From IMG/VR virus record IMGVR_UViG_3300031951_000008: DNA of 64,000 nucleotides, one strand, 5' to 3'. The position numbers and the translations under genes were made by a program. This document shows positions 39,415-47,439 of this stretch, piece after piece. The notes under the pieces are model-generated. The model saw only the letters and a program-made list of their open reading frames with translations. It had not been told where the DNA came from and ran no database searches. Each line of letters starts with the position of its first letter. The stretch's first letter is position 1. This stretch comes from a virus. Lineage: Duplodnaviria > Caudoviricetes.

Positions 39415-39446
39415 AAGAAAGCCGATCAGAGATGGTCGGCTTTCTT
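39415..39446 (+). terminator. Terminator after the major capsid gene
   Basis: AAGAAAGCCGATCA-GAGA-TGGTCGGCTTTCTT. Confidence 0.85.
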
Positions 39447-39487
39447 CGTATTATGATGTTGGGCACGATAATAAATAACCAACATGT

Positions 39488-39940
39488 GTGTATTGTCGTA
39501 GCATGGAAAATGCTATACTCGATTACTTACGTAATAACCTCAAGCTCGATCGTCAAGACTTAATTGCTGTAGTGACAACAGGTTCTTCTGCTGAAAAGCG
39601 ATACTATGCTCTAAGTGATCAGATAGACTTCCATAGATCAGAGGCTTGTCGGCATGAAAACGGCAATGGGATTCTTATTGAATTGTATTACACAAAAATA
39701 GCAAATTCTTGTCTTGCTAATGCTATCGTCCCAGATTATGACAAACGTATCGGTAACTTCATTACTATTCAAGTTACCTTAGACTTCGTCAAGATAACTC
39801 ATTATGAAGACACTTGGTTTAGCGATCAAGCGTTTCCAACGGGATTAGAGCCTCCATTCCCGGCGACTGAGTATATTTGTATTCATGATCAACAGGTATT
39901 AGATAAGATAATTAAGAAAGTATTAGGATTTTTAAGATAG
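39488..39940 (+). CDS. Hypothetical protein
   Basis: 150-aa ORF; the start may be the ATG of MENAIL. Confidence 0.55.
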   Translation: MYCRSMENAILDYLRNNLKLDRQDLIAVVTTGSSAEKRYYALSDQIDFHRSEACRHENGNGILIELYYTKIANSCLANAIVPDYDKRIGNFITIQVTLDFVKITHYEDTWFSDQAFPTGLEPPFPATEYICIHDQQVLDKIIKKVLGFLR

Positions 39941-39952
39941 CTGCGATATTCA

Positions 39953-41281
39953 TTATACGTGTTCTTGCCAGGTGACGGCCCCAACAGCATCGTCGTTGTT
40001 GTTGGTAGCAATTGCTGCTAAACACCAGATATCAGAGATGCCTGATATTGATCTACCGAGCTGTTGGCTAAAGTCAACATCCGTACTGCTCACGCTAGCC
40101 GTGCCACCCTTATTCGAGCCAACAAATATTCCTTGGTCTAAAATATGGCCACCACTTAGTGCTGATGCAGAAATATCATATTCAACAGAACTCGTAGAGC
40201 CAGCAGAGGTCCAATTGGGGTCTGTCAACGTTGGATTGAGAATTAGCCTATATCCAAACGCAGCTTGCTGTAAACCGTAAATGTCAAATTTTGTAGGAAC
40301 TACGATGCTATCTATATTTGATGATTTTAATCTTAAGCATACCAAAGGAGTATAATCTAACTGGCTTAAGTTTTTACCAGAGAGACTGGTTCCTATTGCC
40401 CTGCTGATGCTGCGATTGGCATAGCCACCTTCAGATATGACCGTAGAACAAATGGCCTTCATCGAACCAGATGCCCCCGATGACGAAATTTCATATCTGA
40501 CTGGTAAGCATGCAGTGGTCATGTAGACTTTATCGAGTATATTCGCATGATGGAATGTATGACATATAATGAAATTGCCATCAATAACAAAGCCAGACCG
40601 CACATCGCCCACGCCTAGCCACTCGACATCGCACCACCAGATCTGTGCTTTGCTAAGATCAAGGTTTATACCGCTTGGCCCATTCCCGTCGAGGCGGTCT
40701 CCATTCCAATTAGATCTCGAAACTTTTTCTGATGAGTCGTCGACAATTCCGCTAGTATACTTCCGGATAACTAAGTTAATAGTGGTGCCGTCTAATTCTA
40801 GGTATACACCATTTTGTGCACCGAAGTAACCTACTCTCTGCCTAAGATTAGCAGTCGGTGCGTTAAATACAAAAGTAGCTAGCACAAGAAGGCTCTTGCC
40901 GGGTTGATAAGCAAATACTTGCTTGCTTTGGCGGGTAACAGAGTCACCACTACCTGTAACTGTCATTTGGACTGAGCATTCGTTAGGAAGAAATATAGAA
41001 GTTGCAGATCCTATATCGACTTGATCCCATGCCAGCACATCTTCACCGTATCTCAAAGCCCCGTCCCATAGTGTAAATGGCTGGCTAACTCTTAGTCTAC
41101 AAAACGCATCAGTAGCAGCAGGGCCAAATTTGATAATAGGACTATTTGAGACTGATATGCTACCATCAACTGTAATGCTACTGCCGCCATCGGAGACCGG
41201 TATTGGGTTACCTTCGTCATTCGCGATTTCTACTTCATTTGTGACAGTAACTTCTTTAATATATGTCATATTATGTTCCAC
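39953..41281 (-). CDS. Beta-rich virion protein (fibre/decoration-like)
   Basis: DAFCRLRVSQPFTL, YQPGKS, QIWWCDVEWLGVG, LPVRYEI motifs seen in phage structural proteins. Confidence 0.65.
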   Translation of the reverse strand: MEHNMTYIKEVTVTNEVEIANDEGNPIPVSDGGSSITVDGSISVSNSPIIKFGPAATDAFCRLRVSQPFTLWDGALRYGEDVLAWDQVDIGSATSIFLPNECSVQMTVTGSGDSVTRQSKQVFAYQPGKSLLVLATFVFNAPTANLRQRVGYFGAQNGVYLELDGTTINLVIRKYTSGIVDDSSEKVSRSNWNGDRLDGNGPSGINLDLSKAQIWWCDVEWLGVGDVRSGFVIDGNFIICHTFHHANILDKVYMTTACLPVRYEISSSGASGSMKAICSTVISEGGYANRSISRAIGTSLSGKNLSQLDYTPLVCLRLKSSNIDSIVVPTKFDIYGLQQAAFGYRLILNPTLTDPNWTSAGSTSSVEYDISASALSGGHILDQGIFVGSNKGGTASVSSTDVDFSQQLGRSISGISDIWCLAAIATNNNDDAVGAVTWQEHV

Positions 41282-41856
41282 TCCGTACCATCGTAAACCA
41301 TAGCGAATGATTCTCTTGCTTTGACTGTTGGGTTTACTTCGCTATCAACAGTAGCCAAGATTGTGACCGTTTCTGACGGCGTTGAGTTTTTTACAACTAC
41401 CCGATATCCTGCAGAAGGTTCAGCTGGTAGTGTGACATTTAGAGTGTCTTTGCAGACCACTATAGTGGGGTTGTGAACGACGGTATAATCATCAGTTACG
41501 ACTACTAGTTGTTCGCCTACACCACCAGTGACGCTTATAACACCTTCTGCGACATCGATGCCTGTGCCTATCTTTACCTTGCCATATACTGTTTTTGAAG
41601 TATAGGGTATAAAGTCCATAAAATGGTCTTCAATATAGGAAATACGCTTACCTGTTAACCAGTCAATAAAGTCCTGTAATTTATCGCTAATGACTACTTC
41701 ATTGATGAGCTGATCGAGTTTGTCTCTAGGAATATCGACATCTAGCTGGTTATCCTTGAGATTTATTAAAAATTCCCACGTTGTGTCATCTGTATAAGCT
41801 ACTCTTGAAATAAGAGCATGCAATATGAGGCTGCGTATATTGTTCATAAGATTCAC
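41266..41856 (-). CDS. Virion protein with tail-fibre-like C-terminal domain
   Basis: YGKVKIGTGIDV, VTLPAEPSAGYRVVVKN, MVYDGTEWNII. Confidence 0.6.
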   Translation of the reverse strand: MNLMNNIRSLILHALISRVAYTDDTTWEFLINLKDNQLDVDIPRDKLDQLINEVVISDKLQDFIDWLTGKRISYIEDHFMDFIPYTSKTVYGKVKIGTGIDVAEGVISVTGGVGEQLVVVTDDYTVVHNPTIVVCKDTLNVTLPAEPSAGYRVVVKNSTPSETVTILATVDSEVNPTVKARESFAMVYDGTEWNII

Positions 41857-41912
41857 CGTTTAAAGTATATTTGTTGTAGGAGATCAAAAATAGTAAAATA
41901 AGGAGTAATGAG

Positions 41913-42122
41913 ATGCCTTGGAGTGTTGTTAAATCAGGTAGCGGTTATAAAGTTCGCAATAAGGACACCGGCAAGACATATAGTAAGAAGTCTATGACAA
42001 AGGAAAAGGCCAATCGACAACTACGTGCTCTATATGCGAACGTTAAAGAGAGCCGCAGTCATTTCGATAAGTTGTTGCAAGAAGCATTGGGCAAATTGGA
42101 TGCAGACAGGACAAGTGATTGA
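41913..42122 (+). CDS. Small basic phage protein
   Basis: MPWSVVKSGSGYKV..K.TGK......KEKA..QLRAL, a recurrent phage small-protein pattern. Confidence 0.65.
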   Translation: MPWSVVKSGSGYKVRNKDTGKTYSKKSMTKEKANRQLRALYANVKESRSHFDKLLQEALGKLDADRTSD

Positions 42123-42585
42123 GAATTTTAGATTGGTTTTAGAGAATCCTCCTAATAATAGTAATAGTATAGCCAGGAGGACTAGATGTAATGTGTACAT
42201 TCTAAGTGATATCTTACTGACACCTGAGCTATGTGAAAGGCATCGCGGTAAAGTATTCGTTTTTGCTGATAACTCTGAAAGATGGGGCAAAGCTGGACAA
42301 GCTATAATCCGTGATTGTCCTAACAGCTTTGGTATAAGGACTAAAGTAAGCCCTAGAGTTTATGTAACCGACCAAATGTTCGAGAAATATTGTTCTTGGG
42401 TCAAGGACGACTTAGAGACGCTATTGCAGATGAATCATTTTAGGGATGTAGTATTGCATGCGTCAGGATATGGTAATGGATTGGCCGATATGCCTAAAAG
42501 AGCACCGAAGTGTTATGAGTATTTGAACTTAGCATTGAATAAGTTTTGTGGTGGCAATTACTTCGATATTCACGCCACAAGCTAA
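42100..42585 (+). CDS. Macrodomain-like phage protein (start uncertain: 42100 or 42115)
   Basis: VFVFADN..R.G..GQA.IR..PN..GI.TK..P...GYGNGLA..P.RAP pattern. Confidence 0.5.
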   Translation: MQTGQVIENFRLVLENPPNNSNSIARRTRCNVYILSDILLTPELCERHRGKVFVFADNSERWGKAGQAIIRDCPNSFGIRTKVSPRVYVTDQMFEKYCSWVKDDLETLLQMNHFRDVVLHASGYGNGLADMPKRAPKCYEYLNLALNKFCGGNYFDIHATS

Positions 42586-42667
42586 ACGACCACATGTTAT
42601 CAGAATGAGCCTCTAATAATTAGTGTCGTGTTGGGCCATCAACATGATTTGTATAAGGAGCTATGTA

Positions 42668-43213
42668 ATGAGCAGTTGGAAATGGATTTGTGCAGCGATG
42701 TTAAGCTGCTTGTCTGTCGGTTCGGCCTTTTCGCAGGACTGCGTTAATGGTCTGTGTTCGCTGGAGAGGATCAGCCGTGTTGAAAGAATCGACACATCAG
42801 GGATCGTACTTGCCCCTGGCGAAGTGTTGGTCTCCGTGAATGGTGTACCAGTAAACCAAACCGGACCTGTCCGACAGGTAGTGGGTGAGGCGATGGCCGT
42901 AACGGGATCGGTGGTCACTGGTACAGTCCAGGCTGTTGGGCACGTTTTTGGAGCTATCGGAGGCAGAGCAGTCAACCGCGATCCAGTAGCTTATGAGCAC
43001 GCATTACGTGAGGCACAGATCTTAGCTTCTCGCAGAATGCATGGCCATCCACTTGGCGTGGCCCCTGGGTGTTCATACTCTGGTACTGGTACATCGTTTA
43101 GCTCAAATTCGCCCAACCATTGCTACATGAACTTGGGAGAAGATCGGCTCGTAGCGAGGGCATTTGTGCAAGGAGCGGACGGTAAATATTACTGGTCAGC
43201 ACACTACCGCTAA
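42668..43213 (+). CDS. Secreted protein with a degenerate CAP/SCP-like C-terminus (planctomycete-type)
   Basis: AAGGAG RBS; signal peptide ending AFS-QDCVNGLC; C-terminal H...G...HCY...G..G..YW...YR. Confidence 0.6.
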   Translation: MSSWKWICAAMLSCLSVGSAFSQDCVNGLCSLERISRVERIDTSGIVLAPGEVLVSVNGVPVNQTGPVRQVVGEAMAVTGSVVTGTVQAVGHVFGAIGGRAVNRDPVAYEHALREAQILASRRMHGHPLGVAPGCSYSGTGTSFSSNSPNHCYMNLGEDRLVARAFVQGADGKYYWSAHYR

Positions 43214-43218
43214 CGTAA

Positions 43219-43254
43219 AAAGTGGCGGCGGCTGGGCAAAAACAGTCGCCACTT
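43219..43254 (+). terminator. Hairpin / possible terminator
   Basis: AAGTGGC..GGCTG / CAGTCGCCACTT stem with a 3-nt bulge. Confidence 0.5.
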
Positions 43255-43342
43255 AGGAATACTGTGTAGATACAAGGCTGAGTCAGTTCAACGGTTCGAA
43301 GACCTGACAAGACGGCCATCAGCAAAATCGCGGTATTCAGTA

Positions 43343-43413
43343 AGGGTCGTAGCTCAGACGGCAGAGCGGAGAATATATTTCTCAGGACGATGGTTCGACT
43401 CCATCCGATCTTT
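43343..43413 (+). pseudogene. tRNA-like element with a 5-nt anticodon loop
   Basis: Acceptor AGGGTCG/CGATCTT, D arm GCTC-AGACGGCA-GAGC, anticodon stem GAGAA/TTCTC with loop TATAT, T arm GATGG-TTCGACT-CCATC. Confidence 0.75.
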
Positions 43414-43419
43414 GTAATA

Positions 43420-43504
43420 GGGGCTGTGGCGGAACAGGCATACGCAACAGACTTAAAATTTGTCGGGAGTTAATCCCATGTGGGTTCGAATCCCATCAGC
43501 CCCA
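43420..43504 (+). tRNA. tRNA-Leu(UAA)
   Basis: Acceptor GGGGCTG/CAGCCCC, discriminator A, anticodon arm ACAGA-CTTAAAA-TTTGT, long variable arm GGGA/TCCC, T arm GTGGG-TTCGAAT-CCCAT; CCA not encoded. Confidence 0.93.
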
Positions 43505-43520
43505 TTGCTGAGTAAAAATT

Positions 43521-43910
43521 ATGACACAAGTAGATTGGGACCAATTCAAAAACGGCTGGGCGACAGGCTCAATGACATGCCGGAAGTGTGGCAAGATATT
43601 CGAAGGAGTCAGATTTAGGTATTCATGTCACGACAAAGTCGAAGGCGAGTGGCCTGAGTGCTGTGGTGATTCAGCTAAATTTAATAACGACTGGCATCCT
43701 GATAACAACGTTGATCTGCAGACTTGCACAGATATAGAAAAGTGTGAAGATTGCGGTACAGTTAAGATAGAACAAATTCGACAAGGTGGACTTTGGTCAA
43801 TAGTGTGTAACTGTAGGTCGGTTACATCAGCAACGCCGCTGGGATGTAGGCGGAAGTGGGAAGCCAAGCAAAATGCTATACGGTTCGATAGGTCCACAGA
43901 GCAGTTTTGA
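43521..43910 (+). CDS. Cys-rich (Zn-ribbon) protein
   Basis: CRKC, ECC, CEDC, CNC motifs. Confidence 0.6.
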   Translation: MTQVDWDQFKNGWATGSMTCRKCGKIFEGVRFRYSCHDKVEGEWPECCGDSAKFNNDWHPDNNVDLQTCTDIEKCEDCGTVKIEQIRQGGLWSIVCNCRSVTSATPLGCRRKWEAKQNAIRFDRSTEQF

Positions 43911-44242
43911 AGGAACGCCGAAGAGTGTCTGAAACTACTTTTGTTAATGGCGGTAAGGTATTACTACAATTTGTTGAGACTAAATGGAATGGCAGCCGAT
44001 GGCAGTTGGCCCATCTTCTTGGGTGGCCTGAAAGCAAGTTATCTAAGATATTAAATTCTATATATACTTGCAGTTACCAAGATTTCTGTGCCGTTGTTAC
44101 CGCAGTAAAAGGAGAAGACCCAATGATCATTGCGGACATGCTAGCCAGAGTTTATATGATGGATATCAGTATGGTCTGCGGAGATATGCCGTTATTTTGG
44201 AGCATATTACTTAACAAACTTAATAGTAATACTGGTCGTTGA
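43907..44242 (+). CDS. Putative HTH (XRE-like) DNA-binding protein
   Basis: SRWQLAHLLGWPESKLSKILN helix-turn-helix pattern. Confidence 0.55.
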   Translation: MKERRRVSETTFVNGGKVLLQFVETKWNGSRWQLAHLLGWPESKLSKILNSIYTCSYQDFCAVVTAVKGEDPMIIADMLARVYMMDISMVCGDMPLFWSILLNKLNSNTGR

Positions 44243-44613
44243 TGCAAACGCTTCGAAAGGCAGTATGCCAAGATATGGAAGATCGGTTCAGTTCTGAGAC
44301 TATTGAGATATCTTTTGGGTATCTAGCTGACGCACTACCATATTGCATCACGGTTGAGTCTACAAATGCAAGTTGTCCAAGGTGCTTCTCTCAGCACGCA
44401 GGCAACAGAATCATACTATGCGAAGTGATCTTTCATGAAGATCTTACACTGAGTCTGGCTGTCTTTAATAATAAATCGCAAGTAGCCAAGCACATAAAGC
44501 AAGTGAGCAGGTACGATATAACAGATCCTGATGCATACCTAAGTTTATGCGATATATTATCTGGAATTATCAAATCATGGGATGGCTGCGGCAAGTTCTG
44601 CAACTACCAATGA
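44239..44613 (+). CDS. Hypothetical protein
   Basis: Overlap-coupled ORF containing CPRC. Confidence 0.5.
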   Translation: MMQTLRKAVCQDMEDRFSSETIEISFGYLADALPYCITVESTNASCPRCFSQHAGNRIILCEVIFHEDLTLSLAVFNNKSQVAKHIKQVSRYDITDPDAYLSLCDILSGIIKSWDGCGKFCNYQ

Positions 44614-45741
44614 CTAATAACAGTATCTAATGCGACCATAAGGCGTAATGTTGGATATGAGTCCCTTTATAGTCTGCTTGAGATGTACTTTGTCTTTAGT
44701 ACTGTAGCTTAAAACATTAGGCTTATTTGGCTTTGGTACTATCGGTAGTGGACCTTCTACCATCATTTTGTGAGCTTTAGGGGCGTAGTTAGAGACGCAC
44801 TCAAATTGTGATGTAGCATGTGTTAGGAAGATGATCTCATACGCTAACTGATCTTTAGCCCTCTGAGATAAACTATTATCAATTAACTGAAGTAAATCAG
44901 TATACTCGTCAATAAAATCTGAGGTCACAATAATCGGGGATAAGTTGATGTGCACCTCGAACCCTTTTTCGACTAAATCGTTAACAGCCGCGAGTCTGCT
45001 TGTGATAGTAGCAGTGTTTATCTCTAGCGCCTTTCTGTGATGTTCGGGCATGAGAGAAAGACGTATTCTGTGGTGAGAAGGCCGCTTGATGTCGCTTAAG
45101 AAACGGTTGAACTGTGATGACTTAGTGGCGAAAGATGTTTTAACGCCAGGAATCAATGAGACTTGATTCATAATATCAATAATGTGCCCACTATATCCTG
45201 CGTGTGACGTTAACTGGTTGTCAAGTACACAGTCACTATCGCATCCAAGATCAAATGTGATGTTGTTACAATGGTTATTGTCTCTATGTTTTTCAAAGTC
45301 TTTTTTGGCAACGGCTAGCATCTTTTCACGCCAGGCCTGCTCGCTATTGATAGTTTGCTTAATCATTTCTACGACATTAAAGGCATCATCATATAGTTTC
45401 AGAAAGTTATTAGGAAAGTGACGCTCAGTATAGCAGTAAGTACAACCGAACCCACAGCCTTGCGAGATCATTAGTCCAGGCAAGAAGTCTGTAGAATTGC
45501 CGTTAGGATCAGGCTTCCATTTAGCTTCTCTGTGCAGAAGAGCAGCTTTAGTCTTCTTCTCTCTAAAGTGCTCAGATGGCCTGTGGTCAGATAAACCATA
45601 CATGCTATTGTATGATTCTGTATTATGTTTAATAAGTACTATCTCTGCAGATGGGTGGGCTGCAGTGATATGATTATACAATTCTGTTTCGATTGACTTA
45701 GAATTAACATAGATTGTATTTGGGTGAATTAGTGCTTCCAT
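44614..45741 (-). CDS. splB: Spore photoproduct lyase-like radical SAM enzyme
   Basis: CGFGCTYC (CxxxCxxC), FDLGCDSD, SFATK, RIRLSLMP, RLAAVNDL...GFEVHINLSPII, EIIFLTH. Confidence 0.8.
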   Translation of the reverse strand: MEALIHPNTIYVNSKSIETELYNHITAAHPSAEIVLIKHNTESYNSMYGLSDHRPSEHFREKKTKAALLHREAKWKPDPNGNSTDFLPGLMISQGCGFGCTYCYTERHFPNNFLKLYDDAFNVVEMIKQTINSEQAWREKMLAVAKKDFEKHRDNNHCNNITFDLGCDSDCVLDNQLTSHAGYSGHIIDIMNQVSLIPGVKTSFATKSSQFNRFLSDIKRPSHHRIRLSLMPEHHRKALEINTATITSRLAAVNDLVEKGFEVHINLSPIIVTSDFIDEYTDLLQLIDNSLSQRAKDQLAYEIIFLTHATSQFECVSNYAPKAHKMMVEGPLPIVPKPNKPNVLSYSTKDKVHLKQTIKGLISNITPYGRIRYCY

Positions 45742-45749
45742 GAAGCATC

Positions 45750-45803
45750 TGTGGCAGGTTTGGGTTTAACAGCGAATTCGCGTCTTACCCAACACCTGCC
45801 ACA
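45750..45803. repeat. Long imperfect inverted repeat filling a divergent intergenic region
   Basis: TGTGGCAGGT-TTGGGT / ACCCAA-C-ACCTGCCACA (16 bp, one bulge) with the inner palindrome GCGAATTCGC. Confidence 0.85.
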
Positions 45804-45815
45804 AAAAGATACAGT

Positions 45816-46073
45816 ATGGGAAAGTTCAAGCCAAATCAGATAACTGCTATATTTGTTATGCTGTGTAGCTTCCTATACGTAGCATACGACTTTATCGCAT
45901 TTAGCTTATGGGGTGGTGAGGCGACTATCAGTTATGTATTTAATAGCTACGCATGGAGTCATCCTGTGGGGCTATTTTTAACAGCTTTTGTTTGTGGTGG
46001 TTTGACCGTCCACTTTTTAAGGTGGGCTCCTTTAGAGAGACAAGTTAATGATAATAGGGACGAAAAACAATAG
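45816..46073 (+). CDS. Small two-TM membrane protein (holin-like)
   Basis: Two hydrophobic segments and a charged C-terminal tail. Confidence 0.5.
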   Translation: MGKFKPNQITAIFVMLCSFLYVAYDFIAFSLWGGEATISYVFNSYAWSHPVGLFLTAFVCGGLTVHFLRWAPLERQVNDNRDEKQ

Positions 46074-46503
46074 TCTAGTCGCAGTAGAAGCTATAAAGCA
46101 ATGTGGAGATGGTTTAGACACGCTACTAAAGCGATTTGCTGATAAGTCTACGATTAATGCCCATTTAATCACACATGAAGTGCACTTTCTGACGGATAGT
46201 GTAGCGAAGAGCAAGTCACACTTGTTTCTCGCTTCTCCAGGTGCGGTAGTGTTGGTGCATGCTGTGGTTGGCATAAATGCTGCGGCTATAAATTTAAACC
46301 CAAACCAAGAGATCTTTATAGACCATTTAGGCAAGAAGGTATATGAGCGACTATCTGCTACTAAATTAAATTACACGAGCCAAGGTGGCCAGAAGGCTAA
46401 TCGAGGAGTTAGAGTAAGGATTAATAACAAGCTGATATATTTTCTTCGTGAATTGCCTGGTCAATATGAGGCATTCGCTGATGTTTTTGCAGTACTAGTA
46501 TAA
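46048..46503 (+). CDS. Hypothetical protein
   Basis: 151-aa ORF overlapping the previous stop. Confidence 0.5.
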   Translation: MIIGTKNNSLVAVEAIKQCGDGLDTLLKRFADKSTINAHLITHEVHFLTDSVAKSKSHLFLASPGAVVLVHAVVGINAAAINLNPNQEIFIDHLGKKVYERLSATKLNYTSQGGQKANRGVRVRINNKLIYFLRELPGQYEAFADVFAVLV

Positions 46504-46504
46504 T

Positions 46505-46533
46505 AAAAAGTTGCCCTCATTTCTGAGGGCAAC
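46505..46533 (-). terminator. Intrinsic terminator (minus strand; possibly bidirectional)
   Basis: GTTGCCCTCA-GAAA-TGAGGGCAAC followed by TTTTT on the minus strand. Confidence 0.8.
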
Positions 46534-46575
46534 AGCGCACATATAGCGGGATTCACGCTAATCCCATTTATTAAG

Positions 46576-46800
46576 CGTCTTGTCCTGGATGACTCAAGTG
46601 ACTCTCCGGTACTTGGAATGATATTTATTTGACTAAGATGCCAGCTTGCTTGTTGTTACAAGTGATGCTCTTTTTTAGAGCTTTCAAGGTTTGACCATCT
46701 TTTTAAGGAGAGAGCCAAGCAACACTAGCCAATCTCCATATCATTACCGACAGCGAATCAGCCAGCCTATACTACCGACCGATCTAGCTTCGACAACACA
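46576..46800 (-). ncRNA. Candidate rod-like structured non-coding RNA
   Basis: No credible ORF in 46534-46866; nested long-range helices that need G-U pairs on the minus strand; ends just before a minus-strand terminator. Confidence 0.5.
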
Positions 46801-46866
46801 TCATAAGCGAGGGGCATTTGTCTATTCAATTGATTTGTGCAGAGGTATAGCAGGATCATTAAGGCC

Positions 46867-47439
46867 TTACCATGCTTCTTTTTTGCCGCCGTCATAAGGT
46901 TTAGCAAGCTTGTTATTAATTAATAATTGGCCTAAATTATAGCCATCAACTATAACATCTGCATCTAGTCTGAAGTATTTGTCACGTTTGATGTTCTTTA
47001 GTTCTATAACACTACTACTGGCGAGTGTTTGAGTCACAAATCGTTTAGCATTTTCAGCTAACTTTTTGATGCCAGGGTCTTTAGAATCGATTTCAGGTGT
47101 GTCTACCCCATTGATTCTTATCGGCATAGCTGTGCCTATAACGGGTGGCCAGTCTTTAATGTCAACGGTAAGAGTGTCACCATCGTATACTCGTACGACT
47201 CTTTGTATTATTACTTTGTATTGTTGAGTAGGTTTTTTGGCGGCTTGAGGTACTATCTCAATCTTTGATGGTTTGCCGATGTTTTTATTAAGTACTAGAT
47301 ATAATAGATAAAATACGAAGACGATAATAAATAGGGTGAAAAACGATTTAGGCATCTTAAAGAACGTAGGGATAATAGGTCGCCTTTTATCACTGCCTGT
47401 ATTGTGTCTTCTGTTCAAAATTCTTCTTATCAGCCGCAT
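46867..47439 (-). CDS. Membrane-anchored thermonuclease (SNase-like)
   Basis: TM segment FFTLFIIVFVFYLLYLVL; RVYDGDTL, IRINGVDTPE, DKYFRL, YDGGKK. Confidence 0.85.
   Translation of the reverse strand: MRLIRRILNRRHNTGSDKRRPIIPTFFKMPKSFFTLFIIVFVFYLLYLVLNKNIGKPSKIEIVPQAAKKPTQQYKVIIQRVVRVYDGDTLTVDIKDWPPVIGTAMPIRINGVDTPEIDSKDPGIKKLAENAKRFVTQTLASSSVIELKNIKRDKYFRLDADVIVDGYNLGQLLINNKLAKPYDGGKKEAW

Noticed and set aside
43420-43504. tRNA as a prophage attachment site
   Set aside because: No integrase, no duplicated tRNA 3' end and no host-like flank in the window.
46691-46897. 68-aa plus-strand ORF in the candidate ncRNA region
   Set aside because: TTG start, overlaps the nuclease 3' end on the opposite strand, and has no recognisable features.
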